From: an uncultured Chloroflexia bacterium
Lineage (GTDB): Bacteria > Chloroflexota > Limnocylindria > Limnocylindrales > CSP1-4
DNA: 64,000 nt
Direction of reading: 5' to 3'
NCBI GenBank assembly: GCA_963748625.1
Contig: CAVVJT010000007.1
Location: forward strand, 352,001-416,000
Of this stretch, positions 39,393-54,300 are shown piece by piece. The notes beneath the pieces were generated by a model that did not search any database, was not told the DNA's origin, and saw nothing but the letters and a program-made list of their open reading frames with translations. Numbering within the stretch: the first letter of the stretch is position 1; each line of letters begins with the position of its first letter. A program made the position numbers and the translations under genes.

Positions 39393-40832
39393 CTAGTCTA
39401 CCCCAGCCGAAACGCCACTCTGCCAGCTCCCGAACGGGCCGATCCGCCTTGCGGCGAGCACGCCGAGGACGGCCGTCACGCACGACACCCCGAACACGAC
39501 CGCGAGCGCGATGCCCAGCCCGTCGGGTCCCGACCGCCCGCCGATCGCCGTGATCGCACCGCCGATCCCCGCACCCAGCGTGGTGCCCAGGATGTCGGAC
39601 AGCTGGAGCGAGGACGAGGCGCTCCCCTGCTCCGCCGTGGGCACGCCGCGCAGCACCGCCAGCGTGACCGCGGAGTACATGAGCCCCATTCCCAGGCCCG
39701 GGATCGCCCACGTCAGGATCGCGATCTCCGGCGGGACGGACGCAAGCACGGTCGGGATCGTGAGCGCGGCGCCCAGCGCGACGGCACCGAACCCCAGCGC
39801 GACGAAGATGGCGGGCCCGTAGCGTTCGATCCGGCGGGCCTGCACCCAGGTGGTGATCGTCCAAGCGAGCGTGGTGGCCGTGAACACGATGCCGGTCAGG
39901 GTCGCGGGCGTGCCGCGCCAGCCCTGGAGCAGCAGCGGGATGTAGGCGTCGGCGACGAAGAACGAGAACGTCATCAGGCCGCGCAGCAGGATGGCGGCCG
40001 GGACGCCGCGGGCCAGGCGGAGGGTGCCCGGTGGGGTCAGGCTTCGGAAGGCCGGCAGCAGGATGGCGGCCCCGACGACCGTCACCACGACCGCGAGCAG
40101 CGGCTCCTCCAGCCCGAGGCCGGCGACGAGCATGCCCGCGCCGAGCGCCGCGACCAGCGCCCTGGCCAGGCGTCCGCGCCCTGCCGACGTCGCGTCCGAT
40201 GCGTCCGCGGGCGGCGGGACATCCCCCTGCACCCGGTGCAGCGCGTGGAGCGCGATCGCCCCCGACACCGCGAGGATCGGCAGCAGGCCCAGGAAGATCC
40301 AGCGCCACCCGAACAGCTCCCCGACCACCGCTGCCAGCGACGGGCCGATGACGCCCGGCACCACCCACGCGGTGGACAGCAGCGCGAACATCCGTGACTG
40401 CAGGTGCTCGGGCATGCAGCGGCCGATTGCGACGTACGCCGTGGGGCTGAGCGCCCCGCCCCCCAGGCCTTGGACGAAGCGCGCCAGCACGAGCACCGGC
40501 ATCGATGGCGCCAGGCCACCCGCGACGAGGCCGATGGCGAACAGGGCGATGCCGATCGCGAACGGCCGATGGAGGGGCTGCCGGTCGAGCGCGCCGCCCG
40601 TCACCACGATACCGACGAGGTTGCCCAGGAAGAACGCGGTGTAGACCCAGCCGTAGAGCGGCAGGTCCCCGAACTCCAGGAGCACCTTGGGGAGCACCGT
40701 GCCGATCGCCAGCGACTCGACCGCGACCAGGGTGATCGTCAGGACGAGCCCGATCGTCAGGCCGCGCAGGCCCGGCGCGAACAGGTCCGCCGTGCGCGCG
40801 GGAACCGCGGGAGTGCTCAGGCTGGAGGACAC
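39393..40832 (-). CDS. MFS transporter (drug:H+ antiporter-like)
   Basis: About 14 hydrophobic segments; LARFVQGLGGG, GPSL...GWRWIF. Confidence 0.88.
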   Translation of the reverse strand: MSSSLSTPAVPARTADLFAPGLRGLTIGLVLTITLVAVESLAIGTVLPKVLLEFGDLPLYGWVYTAFFLGNLVGIVVTGGALDRQPLHRPFAIGIALFAIGLVAGGLAPSMPVLVLARFVQGLGGGALSPTAYVAIGRCMPEHLQSRMFALLSTAWVVPGVIGPSLAAVVGELFGWRWIFLGLLPILAVSGAIALHALHRVQGDVPPPADASDATSAGRGRLARALVAALGAGMLVAGLGLEEPLLAVVVTVVGAAILLPAFRSLTPPGTLRLARGVPAAILLRGLMTFSFFVADAYIPLLLQGWRGTPATLTGIVFTATTLAWTITTWVQARRIERYGPAIFVALGFGAVALGAALTIPTVLASVPPEIAILTWAIPGLGMGLMYSAVTLAVLRGVPTAEQGSASSSLQLSDILGTTLGAGIGGAITAIGGRSGPDGLGIALAVVFGVSCVTAVLGVLAARRIGPFGSWQSGVSAGVD

Positions 40833-40916
40833 GCCCCGATTGTGCCCGACCTCAGGTCACCGCGACCCCGGAGGTCCAATTGCTGGCCGGGTGAGTCGGC
40901 GCGCCAGGAGATCGGC

Positions 40917-41780
40917 CTACGCGTGGTCGATCGCCACCTTCGCGAGCTTCACCGCGATGCTGCCGCCGGGGATCAGGAGGCCCGCGGTGTCGGCGCCCAG
41001 GTCGAACACGATGTCCCGGTTGATCCGCCGGGTCAGGTCGCTGACCTTGAGCGACTGCGCGTTGTGTGTCTCGCCGGATACCGCGTCGACCTCGATCACG
41101 CCCCGCTTGTCCTTCGCCGGCAGCCGGTACTCGAAGGCCCAGATCGGGCGGTACACGAGCTCGAGCGCTTCGACCGACAGCGACTCCTCGAAGACGGCGT
41201 CGGCCTGGAGCGGGCGCATCACCTTGGCCAGCAGCTGGCGGACGATGGCCGACGCGCGCTGCTCCGGCGCTATCACGAGAGTGCCATCGGTTCCCATCTC
41301 GGCGGGGTCCTGGACCTCCAGGCGCGGGCCGGACGCATAGGCCTGGCCCTTGCCGAACGGCTGGCCGGTGAGACCGTCCACGAAGAGCTCCTCGCGCGGG
41401 TCCTCCGTGCAGTGCTCGAGGACGTCGAACCCGAAGGCAGGTCCCGCGGCCCCCGACGGCACCACGTTGAAGTCCGAACCGAGGAAGCTCACGGAGCGGA
41501 CGTCGGGCGCGGACGCCGGGACCGTGTAGCGCCGGGTGCGGTCGTAGACGTAGTGGGCGGTGCAGGCGACATGCCAGAACGGCTCCAGCCGACGCTGGCT
41601 CGCGACCAGCTCCACGTCGTCGGCCTTGGGCCGTGACAGGAGCCCGCCGATGCCGGAGCCGACCGCGCCGGTCTTCTTCTCGTCCGCGCGACGGCGCATC
41701 TCGTCGAGGCTGATGCGCTGATCGAGCGCGAAGATGCGCGGTGTGCCGAGCGTGATCTCCACGGTGTCGCTGGCCTCCAT
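40917..41780 (-). CDS. Hypothetical cytoplasmic protein
   Basis: Clean GC3-biased ORF of 287 aa; LEPFW and YRPIWAFEY...VDAVSGE segments; no family recognised. Confidence 0.75.
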   Translation of the reverse strand: MEASDTVEITLGTPRIFALDQRISLDEMRRRADEKKTGAVGSGIGGLLSRPKADDVELVASQRRLEPFWHVACTAHYVYDRTRRYTVPASAPDVRSVSFLGSDFNVVPSGAAGPAFGFDVLEHCTEDPREELFVDGLTGQPFGKGQAYASGPRLEVQDPAEMGTDGTLVIAPEQRASAIVRQLLAKVMRPLQADAVFEESLSVEALELVYRPIWAFEYRLPAKDKRGVIEVDAVSGETHNAQSLKVSDLTRRINRDIVFDLGADTAGLLIPGGSIAVKLAKVAIDHA

Positions 41781-41835
41781 GTGCGCTGCACGCGAACGAT
41801 AGTCGAGCCGGTCGGCTCCGTGCGGCCGTTCCGGG

Positions 41836-42777
41836 TCAGGAGATCAGGCGCAGCAGCTCGCCGAGGACCGCGATCTGTTCCGGCGAGGTGTAGGTGGTGT
41901 TGTTGAACGTGAAGCCCGTGAAGCCCGCATCGAGGTACGGCCGGAGGCCATCAGCTGCCTGCTCCGGGGTCCCCACCACCACGTGCGCCCGGCGCTCCTC
42001 GGGGATCAGCCCGCGCATCGCGTCGGCCTCAGCGGCCCGCGCGGCCACGAGCACCGGGGCGGCCATCGTGCGCTCGACGGTGGCAGGGTCGCGCCCGATG
42101 TCCTCGCAGTAGCCCTTGAGCAGGTCCGTCTTGCGGGCCATCGCTGCAAAGCCCAGCGGGAACCAGTGCGTCATGTCCGCGTGCCTGGCCGCGATGCGCA
42201 GCGTCCGCTGCTCGCCGCCGCCGCCAACCAGGATCCGCGGGCCCTTGGCCTGGATTGGGCGCGGGATGTTGATGACGTCCCGGGTGACGAAGTGGGTGCC
42301 CTCGAAGGAGGACCGCTCCTGCTCGAACATGCCGCGCGCGATGGTCAAGGCTTCGTCGAGGCGGTCCATGCGCTCCTTGATCGGCGGGAAGGCGAAGCCG
42401 AACGCCTCGTGCTCGGCCTCGTACCAGGCGGCCCCCAGCCCGAACACCGCGCGGCCCCCGGAGATCACGTCGAGGGTGGTCGCCGTCTTCGCCAGCATGG
42501 CCGGGTTGCGGTACGTGACGCCCGTCACGAGCGTGCCCAGGCGGACGGTGCTGGTCTCGCGGGCCAGCGCGGCGAGGACCGACCAGCCCTCGAGCATCGG
42601 CTCCTCGGGGCGGCCCACACCCGGGATCTGGTTGAGGTGGTCCATCACGGTGACCAGGGAGAAGCCGGCAGCCTCGGCCGCCGTGGCCTGGGCGACCACG
42701 CGGTCGAACATCTGCGCCGGGGGCGTGTCAGGAAAGGTGAACAGCGGAAGGTGGAGGCCGAACCAGGGGGTCGTCAT
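41836..42777 (-). CDS. LLM-class (probably F420-dependent) oxidoreductase
   Basis: VMDHL, LGTLVTGVTYRNPAMLAK, TLDVISGGR, GAAWYEAEH, GGGGEQRTL. Confidence 0.9.
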   Translation of the reverse strand: MTTPWFGLHLPLFTFPDTPPAQMFDRVVAQATAAEAAGFSLVTVMDHLNQIPGVGRPEEPMLEGWSVLAALARETSTVRLGTLVTGVTYRNPAMLAKTATTLDVISGGRAVFGLGAAWYEAEHEAFGFAFPPIKERMDRLDEALTIARGMFEQERSSFEGTHFVTRDVINIPRPIQAKGPRILVGGGGEQRTLRIAARHADMTHWFPLGFAAMARKTDLLKGYCEDIGRDPATVERTMAAPVLVAARAAEADAMRGLIPEERRAHVVVGTPEQAADGLRPYLDAGFTGFTFNNTTYTSPEQIAVLGELLRLIS

Positions 42778-42848
42778 GGCGCCAGTCTGCACCTATGCCA
42801 CACAGGGTGCCAACGGCTCCGGGTCTGGCGCTGGGCGCTGCGGCCGGA

Positions 42849-43889
42849 TCAGGCCGGGTCGCGCTGCATGAACCAGACGCGGGGCCCGCCGCCCGGCGCA
42901 TCCTCGGCGAGGATCACCCGGAATCCGAACCGCTCGTACAGTCCGACGTTGGCGGGCGTGCCCGTCTCGAGGATCAGGGGGTGTCCGTCGGCGGCCGCCA
43001 GCCCGATCGCGTGCTCCAGCAGCGCCCTGCCGATGCCCCGACCCTGCGCTGCAGGCTCCACCGCGAGCTGGTCGAGAAACCAGTGCGGCTCCTTGGGCGT
43101 GCGCTCGGCCACCCAGTCCCAGAACGCCTGGTAGCGGACGGCGCCGTCCGGGGTGAGCGCGGCGAGCGCGTCGTCGGCGTCGTGGAGGAGATCCGCCTCC
43201 CGCTCCATGGAGCCCGGCGGCTCCAGCACCATCGCGCCGAGCCCGTCGGCCGCCTCCCACATCCAGCCCTCGCGCGCGAACACGTCGTCCACCACGAGGA
43301 ACTGGTCGCGGACGCGGCGCGGGCGGTCCGGGCCGTCGCCCATCGGCCACCAGGACATGGGCTCCGTGGCCATCGCGCGCGCGAGCACACCGGCGAGGTG
43401 CGGCACACGCTCGCGGCCGGCGGCGACGACGAGGCGGGACGCGGCGGGCGGCGATGGGACGTCGAGACGCTCCACCACCCGGAAGCGCTCGAGGACGACG
43501 AGCGTGTCGTCGTCCAGCACGAGGTCCGGGCGCCTGGCCTGGACCCGAAGGTCGTCCAGGTAGCTGCCCCAGAAGCGCTCGTGGGTGACGCGGAACTCGG
43601 CGGCATTCGCGTAGCCCTCGCCCTCGTCGATGGCGTGCGCATCGTCGACGTCGGCCAGGCGGGCCACGCGGACGGCCGTGGTCTCCACGATGGCTACCGG
43701 CTTGCCGTCGGAGTCCAGGAGCACCTGGCGGTCACCTGGTGCCTCGACCTCCTCGCCGTCGAGCTCGAACTCGAGCAGCAGGCCCGCGGTGGCGGTCTTC
43801 GTCCCGGCAAGCGCGAGCGCCGTGAGCTCGTCGCGGATGGGGCCCGGGAATGCGAAGCCCCAGGAGGGCAGCGGATCGGCGTGGCGCAT
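42849..43889 (-). CDS. ASCH domain-GNAT acetyltransferase fusion
   Basis: LALAGTKTATA...HAIDEGEG...W...VVLERF (ASCH), then LDQLAVEPAAQGRGIG...NVGLYERFGF (GNAT). Confidence 0.85.
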   Translation of the reverse strand: MRHADPLPSWGFAFPGPIRDELTALALAGTKTATAGLLLEFELDGEEVEAPGDRQVLLDSDGKPVAIVETTAVRVARLADVDDAHAIDEGEGYANAAEFRVTHERFWGSYLDDLRVQARRPDLVLDDDTLVVLERFRVVERLDVPSPPAASRLVVAAGRERVPHLAGVLARAMATEPMSWWPMGDGPDRPRRVRDQFLVVDDVFAREGWMWEAADGLGAMVLEPPGSMEREADLLHDADDALAALTPDGAVRYQAFWDWVAERTPKEPHWFLDQLAVEPAAQGRGIGRALLEHAIGLAAADGHPLILETGTPANVGLYERFGFRVILAEDAPGGGPRVWFMQRDPA

Positions 43890-43931
43890 GCGCGCATCGT
43901 ATGGGCTGGCGCGATGGGCGAAACTACCGCC

Positions 43932-44507
43932 ATGGAACCCACGCCCGCCGCCGCCACCGACCAGCAGGCGCCTGACCGCGTCCTCGACCCCACCTACGCC
44001 GACCTGCGCGCGGCGCCGCGCGACGCCGCGCCCGTGCTCTCGCTCGTCGCCCGGCCCGGCACCGACGAGCGCGTCACCGTCACCGAGGCCGTCCTCGACG
44101 AGGTTGAGGGCATGGTCGGCGACGACTGGAGAGCGCGCGGCAGCTGGTCCAAGGCGGGTCAGGAGGCGAACCTCGAGGCCCAGCTCACGCTGATGAGCAC
44201 GCGGGTGCTCGCGGCGATCGAGCCTGACCCTTCCCGCTGGCCGATCGCGGGCGACCAGGTCCTGCTGGACCTCGACCTGTCGGAGGAGAACCTCCCGGCG
44301 GGCACGCGTCTGCTCCTTGGCGACGCCGAGGTGGAGGTCACCGCGCTCCCTCACACCGGCTGCTCCAAGTTCGCGGCCCGCTTCGGCCGTGACGCCCTGC
44401 GCTGGATCTCCACGCACGAGGGGCGGGCTCTGCGGATGCGCGGGATGTACGTGCGGGTCGTCCGAAGTGGGACGGTGCGCACCGGCGACATCGTCCGCAA
44501 GGCCTGA
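43932..44507 (+). CDS. MOSC-domain protein
   Basis: GDQVLLDLDLSEENLPAGTRL, PHTGCSKF..RFG, RGMYVRVVRSGTVRTGD. Confidence 0.88.
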   Translation: MEPTPAAATDQQAPDRVLDPTYADLRAAPRDAAPVLSLVARPGTDERVTVTEAVLDEVEGMVGDDWRARGSWSKAGQEANLEAQLTLMSTRVLAAIEPDPSRWPIAGDQVLLDLDLSEENLPAGTRLLLGDAEVEVTALPHTGCSKFAARFGRDALRWISTHEGRALRMRGMYVRVVRSGTVRTGDIVRKA

Positions 44508-44732
44508 TCGCCGGCGTCGCGCCCGGTGCCGTCGCCCAACGCACGCTCCCATCGGTCGCCCGGGGCGTGGGAAGCTCCGGATACGACCATGCTCGGTCGG
44601 ATTGCGGCTCCCCATGCCCCAACGCGACGGCGATCAGGGGCGACGAGGGGCGTTTCGGGGCCTGCAGCGCCCCAAGCCGCCGGTGGGCGGTCGAAACCGG
44701 GGCATGGGAAGCCCCGGCCGACGGCGCATGAC

Positions 44733-45293
44733 CTACCAGACGTCCCCTGCGCGCCAGTCGCAGGCGATCGGGCCGTGGACATCCAGGCCGGCTGGCGTGC
44801 GCGGCGTGCGCAGGATCATGATCCCGCCGTCCTCGTCGGGCGTGGGCTGTGGCCCGGTGGCGAGCTTCACGAACGACGGCCCGCGCCAGTGTTCCCAGCC
44901 GCTCGAACGGTAGACGGCCGCAACGTCGGTCGAGAGCGCGCCCAGGTCGAAGCCGTCGCGGATGTGCGCGTTCGCCTGCCCGAGCAGCCTCGACGCCACC
45001 CCACGCCGCTGCCAGGTCGGGTGGGTGCAGACGGCCTCCACGTAGCCGACGAGCGTCCGCTGCCCGCCGACGTCGAACCAGCGCGGCACCACGCTCGCGT
45101 GGCCCACGATGCGCCCGCAGGCCTCGGCCAGCCAGTGGACTCCGCCCATCGCGTGGTTGACGTCGTCCGCGGTGAACTCGCCGGTGGGCCAGCAGACGCC
45201 GAACAGGTCGAGCAGCTGCGCGAGGTCGGCGGCCCCGAGGTCCTCGGCCGTCACGCGCCGGACCTGGACCTGCTCCGGCATCGGCGAGGTCAC
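44733..45293 (-). CDS. Aminoglycoside 2'-N-acetyltransferase-like GNAT (AAC(2')-I family)
   Basis: FTADD..HAMGG.H, HASVVPR, GYVEAV, LGALS, GW..WRGP, TPDEDG, CDWRAGDVW terminus. Confidence 0.85.
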   Translation of the reverse strand: MTSPMPEQVQVRRVTAEDLGAADLAQLLDLFGVCWPTGEFTADDVNHAMGGVHWLAEACGRIVGHASVVPRWFDVGGQRTLVGYVEAVCTHPTWQRRGVASRLLGQANAHIRDGFDLGALSTDVAAVYRSSGWEHWRGPSFVKLATGPQPTPDEDGGIMILRTPRTPAGLDVHGPIACDWRAGDVW

Positions 45294-45297
45294 GAAG

Positions 45298-45675
45298 CTA
45301 CCGCTGCTTGGCGGCGATGGCGTCAGCGACCTCCTCGCAGCGGATGCGCACGATCCGCCCGATGAGATCGACCGGCAGCTCCAGCTTCGTCGGGAACTGC
45401 AGGGTGCCGCGCCCTTTCACGTAGGGGGCGACCTCGTCGCCCAGCTGCTCCACCACCACGTCGCTCGCCGGGAACAGCGAGTCGTGCGCCTTGAACGCGC
45501 CGATCGAGCAGACGAAGTGCGGACCCACCTTGTAGGCGGGCATGTCGTAGGAGATCACCTCGACGGCGTCACCCGCCGACGCGAGCACGGTGGCCCGCAG
45601 CAGCTCGAAGCGCTCCAGGCGCTCCGGGGACAGCGCGCCGAGGTACTCCTCGACGCTGGAGGGCTTGAAGGGCAT
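45298..45675 (-). CDS. DUF1801 (YdhG-like) protein
   Basis: VEEYL, EVISYDMPAY, KGRGTLQF...LP..LI..IV. Confidence 0.85.
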   Translation of the reverse strand: MPFKPSSVEEYLGALSPERLERFELLRATVLASAGDAVEVISYDMPAYKVGPHFVCSIGAFKAHDSLFPASDVVVEQLGDEVAPYVKGRGTLQFPTKLELPVDLIGRIVRIRCEEVADAIAAKQR

Positions 45676-45678
45676 CGC

Positions 45679-50120
<4,442 letters not shown>

Positions 50121-50124
<4 letters not shown>

Positions 50125-50852
50125 CGACGGCCCTTCCCGCCGTCCGCCTCACCGGATCCGCTGCCCCCGCCGAGGATCCTGCGCCAGCCGGTCGTGGTGC
50201 GGCGGATGCCGTCGCCACCGGCTGGGCCACCGGGCTCGCCGGGCGCCGGGAGGCCCGGGCCATCGCCGGGGTCCGCACCGGGCGCCTGCATCTCGAACGC
50301 GTTGAAGCGGTTGGCCGCCTTGGAGGTGCCGACCCGCGCCCACTCCTCGACGGCATCCGCGGCGGCGTCGAGCAGGATGGGCAGCCGGGTCCGCTCGTCG
50401 GGCGCGAACGTGCTCAGGACGTGGTCCACCGCGCCTCGCCCGGGCTCCCCGATCCCCACCCGCAGGCGGCTGTACTTCTCGGTGCCCAGCTCGTCGATGA
50501 TCGAGCGCAGCCCGTTGTGGCCGCCGTGCGATCCGGACTCGCGGAAGCGCAGCTTGCCGAACGGCAGCGCGAAGTCGTCGGCGATCACCAGCATCTCGAG
50601 GAGCGGCACCCGGTTCGACGCGAGCAGCTTGCGCACCGCGACGCCCGAGTCGTTCATGTAGGTCTGGGGCTTGGCCAGGATCAGCTCCAGGCCCCTGGTG
50701 CGCAGCTCGATCACGGAGGACGCGTCGCGGTTGCGGCCACGCCCGGACCGCCCGGCACGGTCGGCAAGGCGGTCCAGGACCATCCAGCCGATGTTGTGGC
50801 GGGTCTCCGCGTACTGGTTGCCGGGGTTCCCCAGGCCGACGACGAGCTTCAC
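50121..50852 (-). CDS. pth: Peptidyl-tRNA hydrolase
   Basis: VGLGNPG..Y..TRHNIG, KPQTYMN.SG, GGHNGLRSI, RLRVGIG. Confidence 0.96.
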
Positions 50853-51302
50853 GTGCGGGGCGCTGCCTCATGCGACCGTGCGCCCGGCCGGCGGACCCGG
50901 CGAGGACACGGCGAACGGCCCCGGGACGGCGTCCGACGGGGCTCGCCGTGCATGGTACCGCGCCCGTCGAGGCGGGCTCGCGCGGCGGTCCGAAGCCTCG
51001 TCCGCATCACATCACTCGGGAGGACGCGCCTCAGGGCCCGTTGGTCGACCACCCGCTCAGCGGGCCTTGCGTGCGGACTTCCACGCAATCGTGCCGCCCA
51101 GCGGCAAGCCAGGCTCCCAGGGCGCCGAAACCCGGTTCAACGGCCCGCCCGGCGGCCGATCTGTGCAGGATCCTGCACGCAGTGCCCGATGGGCGGGAGA
51201 TTCGGGGCGAGCTGCCCGGTGGACGGGAGCACGAGGGGAGCGAGACGTTCGGCCATGCCTGACGCCCCTTGCCGCTGCAGCCCGGCGGCGCCATACCTCT
51301 GT

Positions 51303-51344
51303 TGTCACGCCCCGCGGCCTCGGGGCGTCACATATCGCGGTTGC
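51303..51344 (+). promoter_or_regulatory. ECF-sigma-type promoter motif TGTCACG-N16-CGTCACA-N5-CGGTTGC (copy 1)
   Basis: Same three boxes and spacing recur at 56532 upstream of the paralog. Confidence 0.7.
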
Positions 51345-51397
51345 CACCCACGGACCCTGCCATGCACCCGATCCGCGGCGACCCGGGAGCTGACGCC

Positions 51398-54300
51398 ATG
51401 ATCGGCACACCCACGCCGCGTCCTTCCACCTCGCTTGATCGCCGGCCCTGGCTGACGCGCCTGGGCGCCCTCGCGGCGGCCGTCGTGCTGGTGGCGACCT
51501 GCGCCAGTCCGTCGCCGACACCGTCGCAGAGCGTCACGTCGGACGGCCGAACCCCTGGAACGGCGGCCGCCCCCGGCACCACCGCGGCGCCTGGCGCAAC
51601 GCCCGAACCCGAGTGGGAGGCCGTGACCCCCACCCTCGCCGATGCCGTCGCCACGCTTGAGCCGACACGCACCGTGCCGGCCGGCATCCCGCTGAATTCC
51701 GCATTCCGGCTTGCAAGCCTCACGGGCGAGGACGCCGTCGCGCTCGCCGCCGGTCTCTCGGCCGAGCCAGCCGTGGAGCTGCAGGTCGCCCGCGCCGATG
51801 ACGGGGCCGCCATCGTCACCCCCGTCCTCCCGCTCCGCGCGTCCACGCTGTACCGCTTCACGCTCACCGGCGAGGACGGCACGGTCCGGGGCTCCTGGCC
51901 CGTCCAGACGATCCGTGACCTGCGGATCGCGCACACCATCCCGGCGGAGGAATCCGACTTCGTCCCGGTCACCACCGGCATCGAGATCACCTTCAACGTC
52001 GACGGGGTGCGTCTCGCCGACGCCGAGCCCTACATCACCTTCGATCCGCCCATCAGCGGGCACTTCGAGCAGAGCGGCCGCAGCATCGCCTACGTGCCCG
52101 ACGAGCCCCTCACCCCCGCATCGCGCTATCACCTCAGGGTGGGCCGGGGTCTCCCGCTCGCCGGCACCGACCGGGTGCTCGAGGACGAGTTCGACCTCTG
52201 GTTCTCGACCACCGGCTTCACCGAGCCCGAGCTGCGCGTGTGGTTCCAGCGCACGCTCGTGGAGGCCGGCACCGCCGACACGGCCGTCTTCCCGGTGTCG
52301 GTGAACCGCCGCTACGACGAGAACGACGAGCCGATCGGCAAGGTCCCCGCCCGCCTCGACATCACCGTTCACCGCCTCCCTGGCATGACCGAGGCCATCG
52401 CGGGCTGGCGCAGCGTCGGTGCCTACTGGTGGGACATGTCGTCCGTCCTGGGGGCGATCGAGACGGCAGGCCTGCCGCTCGTCGTCGACGCCAGCGTGCG
52501 GCTCCGTGACTTCGGCCCCACGCAGCAGGACGACGACAGCCGGTGGTTCCGCCTGCCGGCGGCGCTGCCCGCAGGCTGGTACGTCGCCACGGTGGCACTG
52601 CCCGGGTCCACCAGCCAGGCCGTCCTCCAGGTCACCGATGTCGCCGTGTACGCCCTCACGACCACCACCCGGTCGGTCGTCTGGGCCAATGACCTCGCCA
52701 CCGGCGACCCACTCGACGGGGCCACCGTCCACCTCGGCGACCGGGCGCTCGGTGCCACCGATGCCCGCGGCCTCCTGGAGACCCGGATCGGGACCGCCAC
52801 CGACGAGACGCCCTTGCAGGAGCTGCCCGTGCTGATCGTGCGCGATGGCGACCGCGCGGCCTTCACCGTCGCGGGCGACCCCGAGTGCGGCAAGTGCGGC
52901 GGCGGCGAAGGCAACCCCTGGTGGCGCCTGTTGCAGCTGGACCGCTCCCGCTACCGCACCACCGACACAGTCGCGGGCTGGGGCGTCGTACGCGCCCGCA
53001 ACGACGGCTCCGTGCCGACCACGGTCACCGTCAGCCTGACGGCCTGGGACGATGCGTCCGGCGCCGACATCGCCATCAGCAAGACGACCATCACACCCGA
53101 TGCCAGGGGCGCATTCCTGGTCCAGCTCCCGCTGGACGACGTGCCCCCCGGCGACTACACGGCCGAGGTCGAGGTCGGAGGCGACACCATCGCGTCGGCC
53201 TCCTTCTCCGTCGGCGAGATCCTCAAGCCGGCCTGGTCCGTGGAAGTCGCGCCCGCGCGCCACGCCGTCCTCGCTGGGGCCAAGGTGGGCGTCGATGTTC
53301 ACGCGGCGTTCTTCGAGGGCACCCCGGTCGCCGGGACCACGCTCAAGGTCGGCCAGCGCCGACCGCTCGTGCGGGTCACCACGGACCTCGAGGGCAACGC
53401 CTCGGCGTCCGTCACCATCAGTCCCCGCCGCTCCGAGTCCGAGGGCATGCCCTGGTGGATCACGTCCGTCGGCGCCACCCCTCTCGACGCGGAGGAGGCG
53501 CAGATCAGCGGGGCCGCAGAGATCGCCGTGTTCCGGGCCAAGGTGCTCCCGGTGGTCGAGGCGGTGGCGACCGCGTCACGCCTGAAGGTGACCGGGCGCG
53601 TCCACGACGTCGCCTTCGGGCGGTTCGAGAACCCGCCTGCGGGCGGCCTCTGGGCCGTGGACCCGTACGGCGCTCCGCGCAAGGGCGCCCGGGTGGACGT
53701 CCGTGTCCGCCAGCACTTCTACACGAGCACCCGGATCGGCAGCACCTACGATTTCATCTCCAAGCAGACGATCCCGCTCTACCAGACGCGTGAACGGATC
53801 GTCGACCTGGGCACCCGGACCCTCCGGACGAACGCCCAGGGCCGGTTCGGGCTGCGGCTGCCGGTCAGCGGACCCAGCAACGGGTACGAGGTCATCGTCA
53901 CCGCCTACGACGCCAAGGGGCGTACGGCGAAGGTGGAGACCTGGGGCGATGCGCCCGCCACGGTCGACGTGCCGGAGATCGGCGCCAGCCTGGAGGGCCC
54001 CGGCACCTGGGACTTCCCGGTCGAGCTGTCCATCGGCGAGCGGGCACGCGTGGACTTCACGGGTGGCGCCGGCACCACGCGTGACAGCCGGTACCTCTGG
54101 ACGATCGCGCAGTCCGGCCTGCGGGACGTGGTGCTCACCACGCGCCCGAACATCTCGCTCTCGTTCAAGAAGGCGTGGGTCCCGGCCGCCCACGTGAACG
54201 CCGTGCGGTTCACCGGGGACGGGTACGAGGTCCCCAACAACAACGTGGCCCTGCTGTTCGACACCGGCGACCGGCAGCTGTCGGTGGCGATGTCCGCCGA

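Noticed and set aside
42795-44615. Long overlapping bidirectional ORFs 42795..44507 (+) and 42849..44615 (-)
   Set aside because: Explained by two divergent non-overlapping genes starting at 43932 (+) and 43889 (-); the extensions are antisense shadows.
50853-51300. Hidden gene or RNA in the pth-macroglobulin intergenic gap
   Set aside because: Only motif-free ORFs and no convincing extended structure found by eye.
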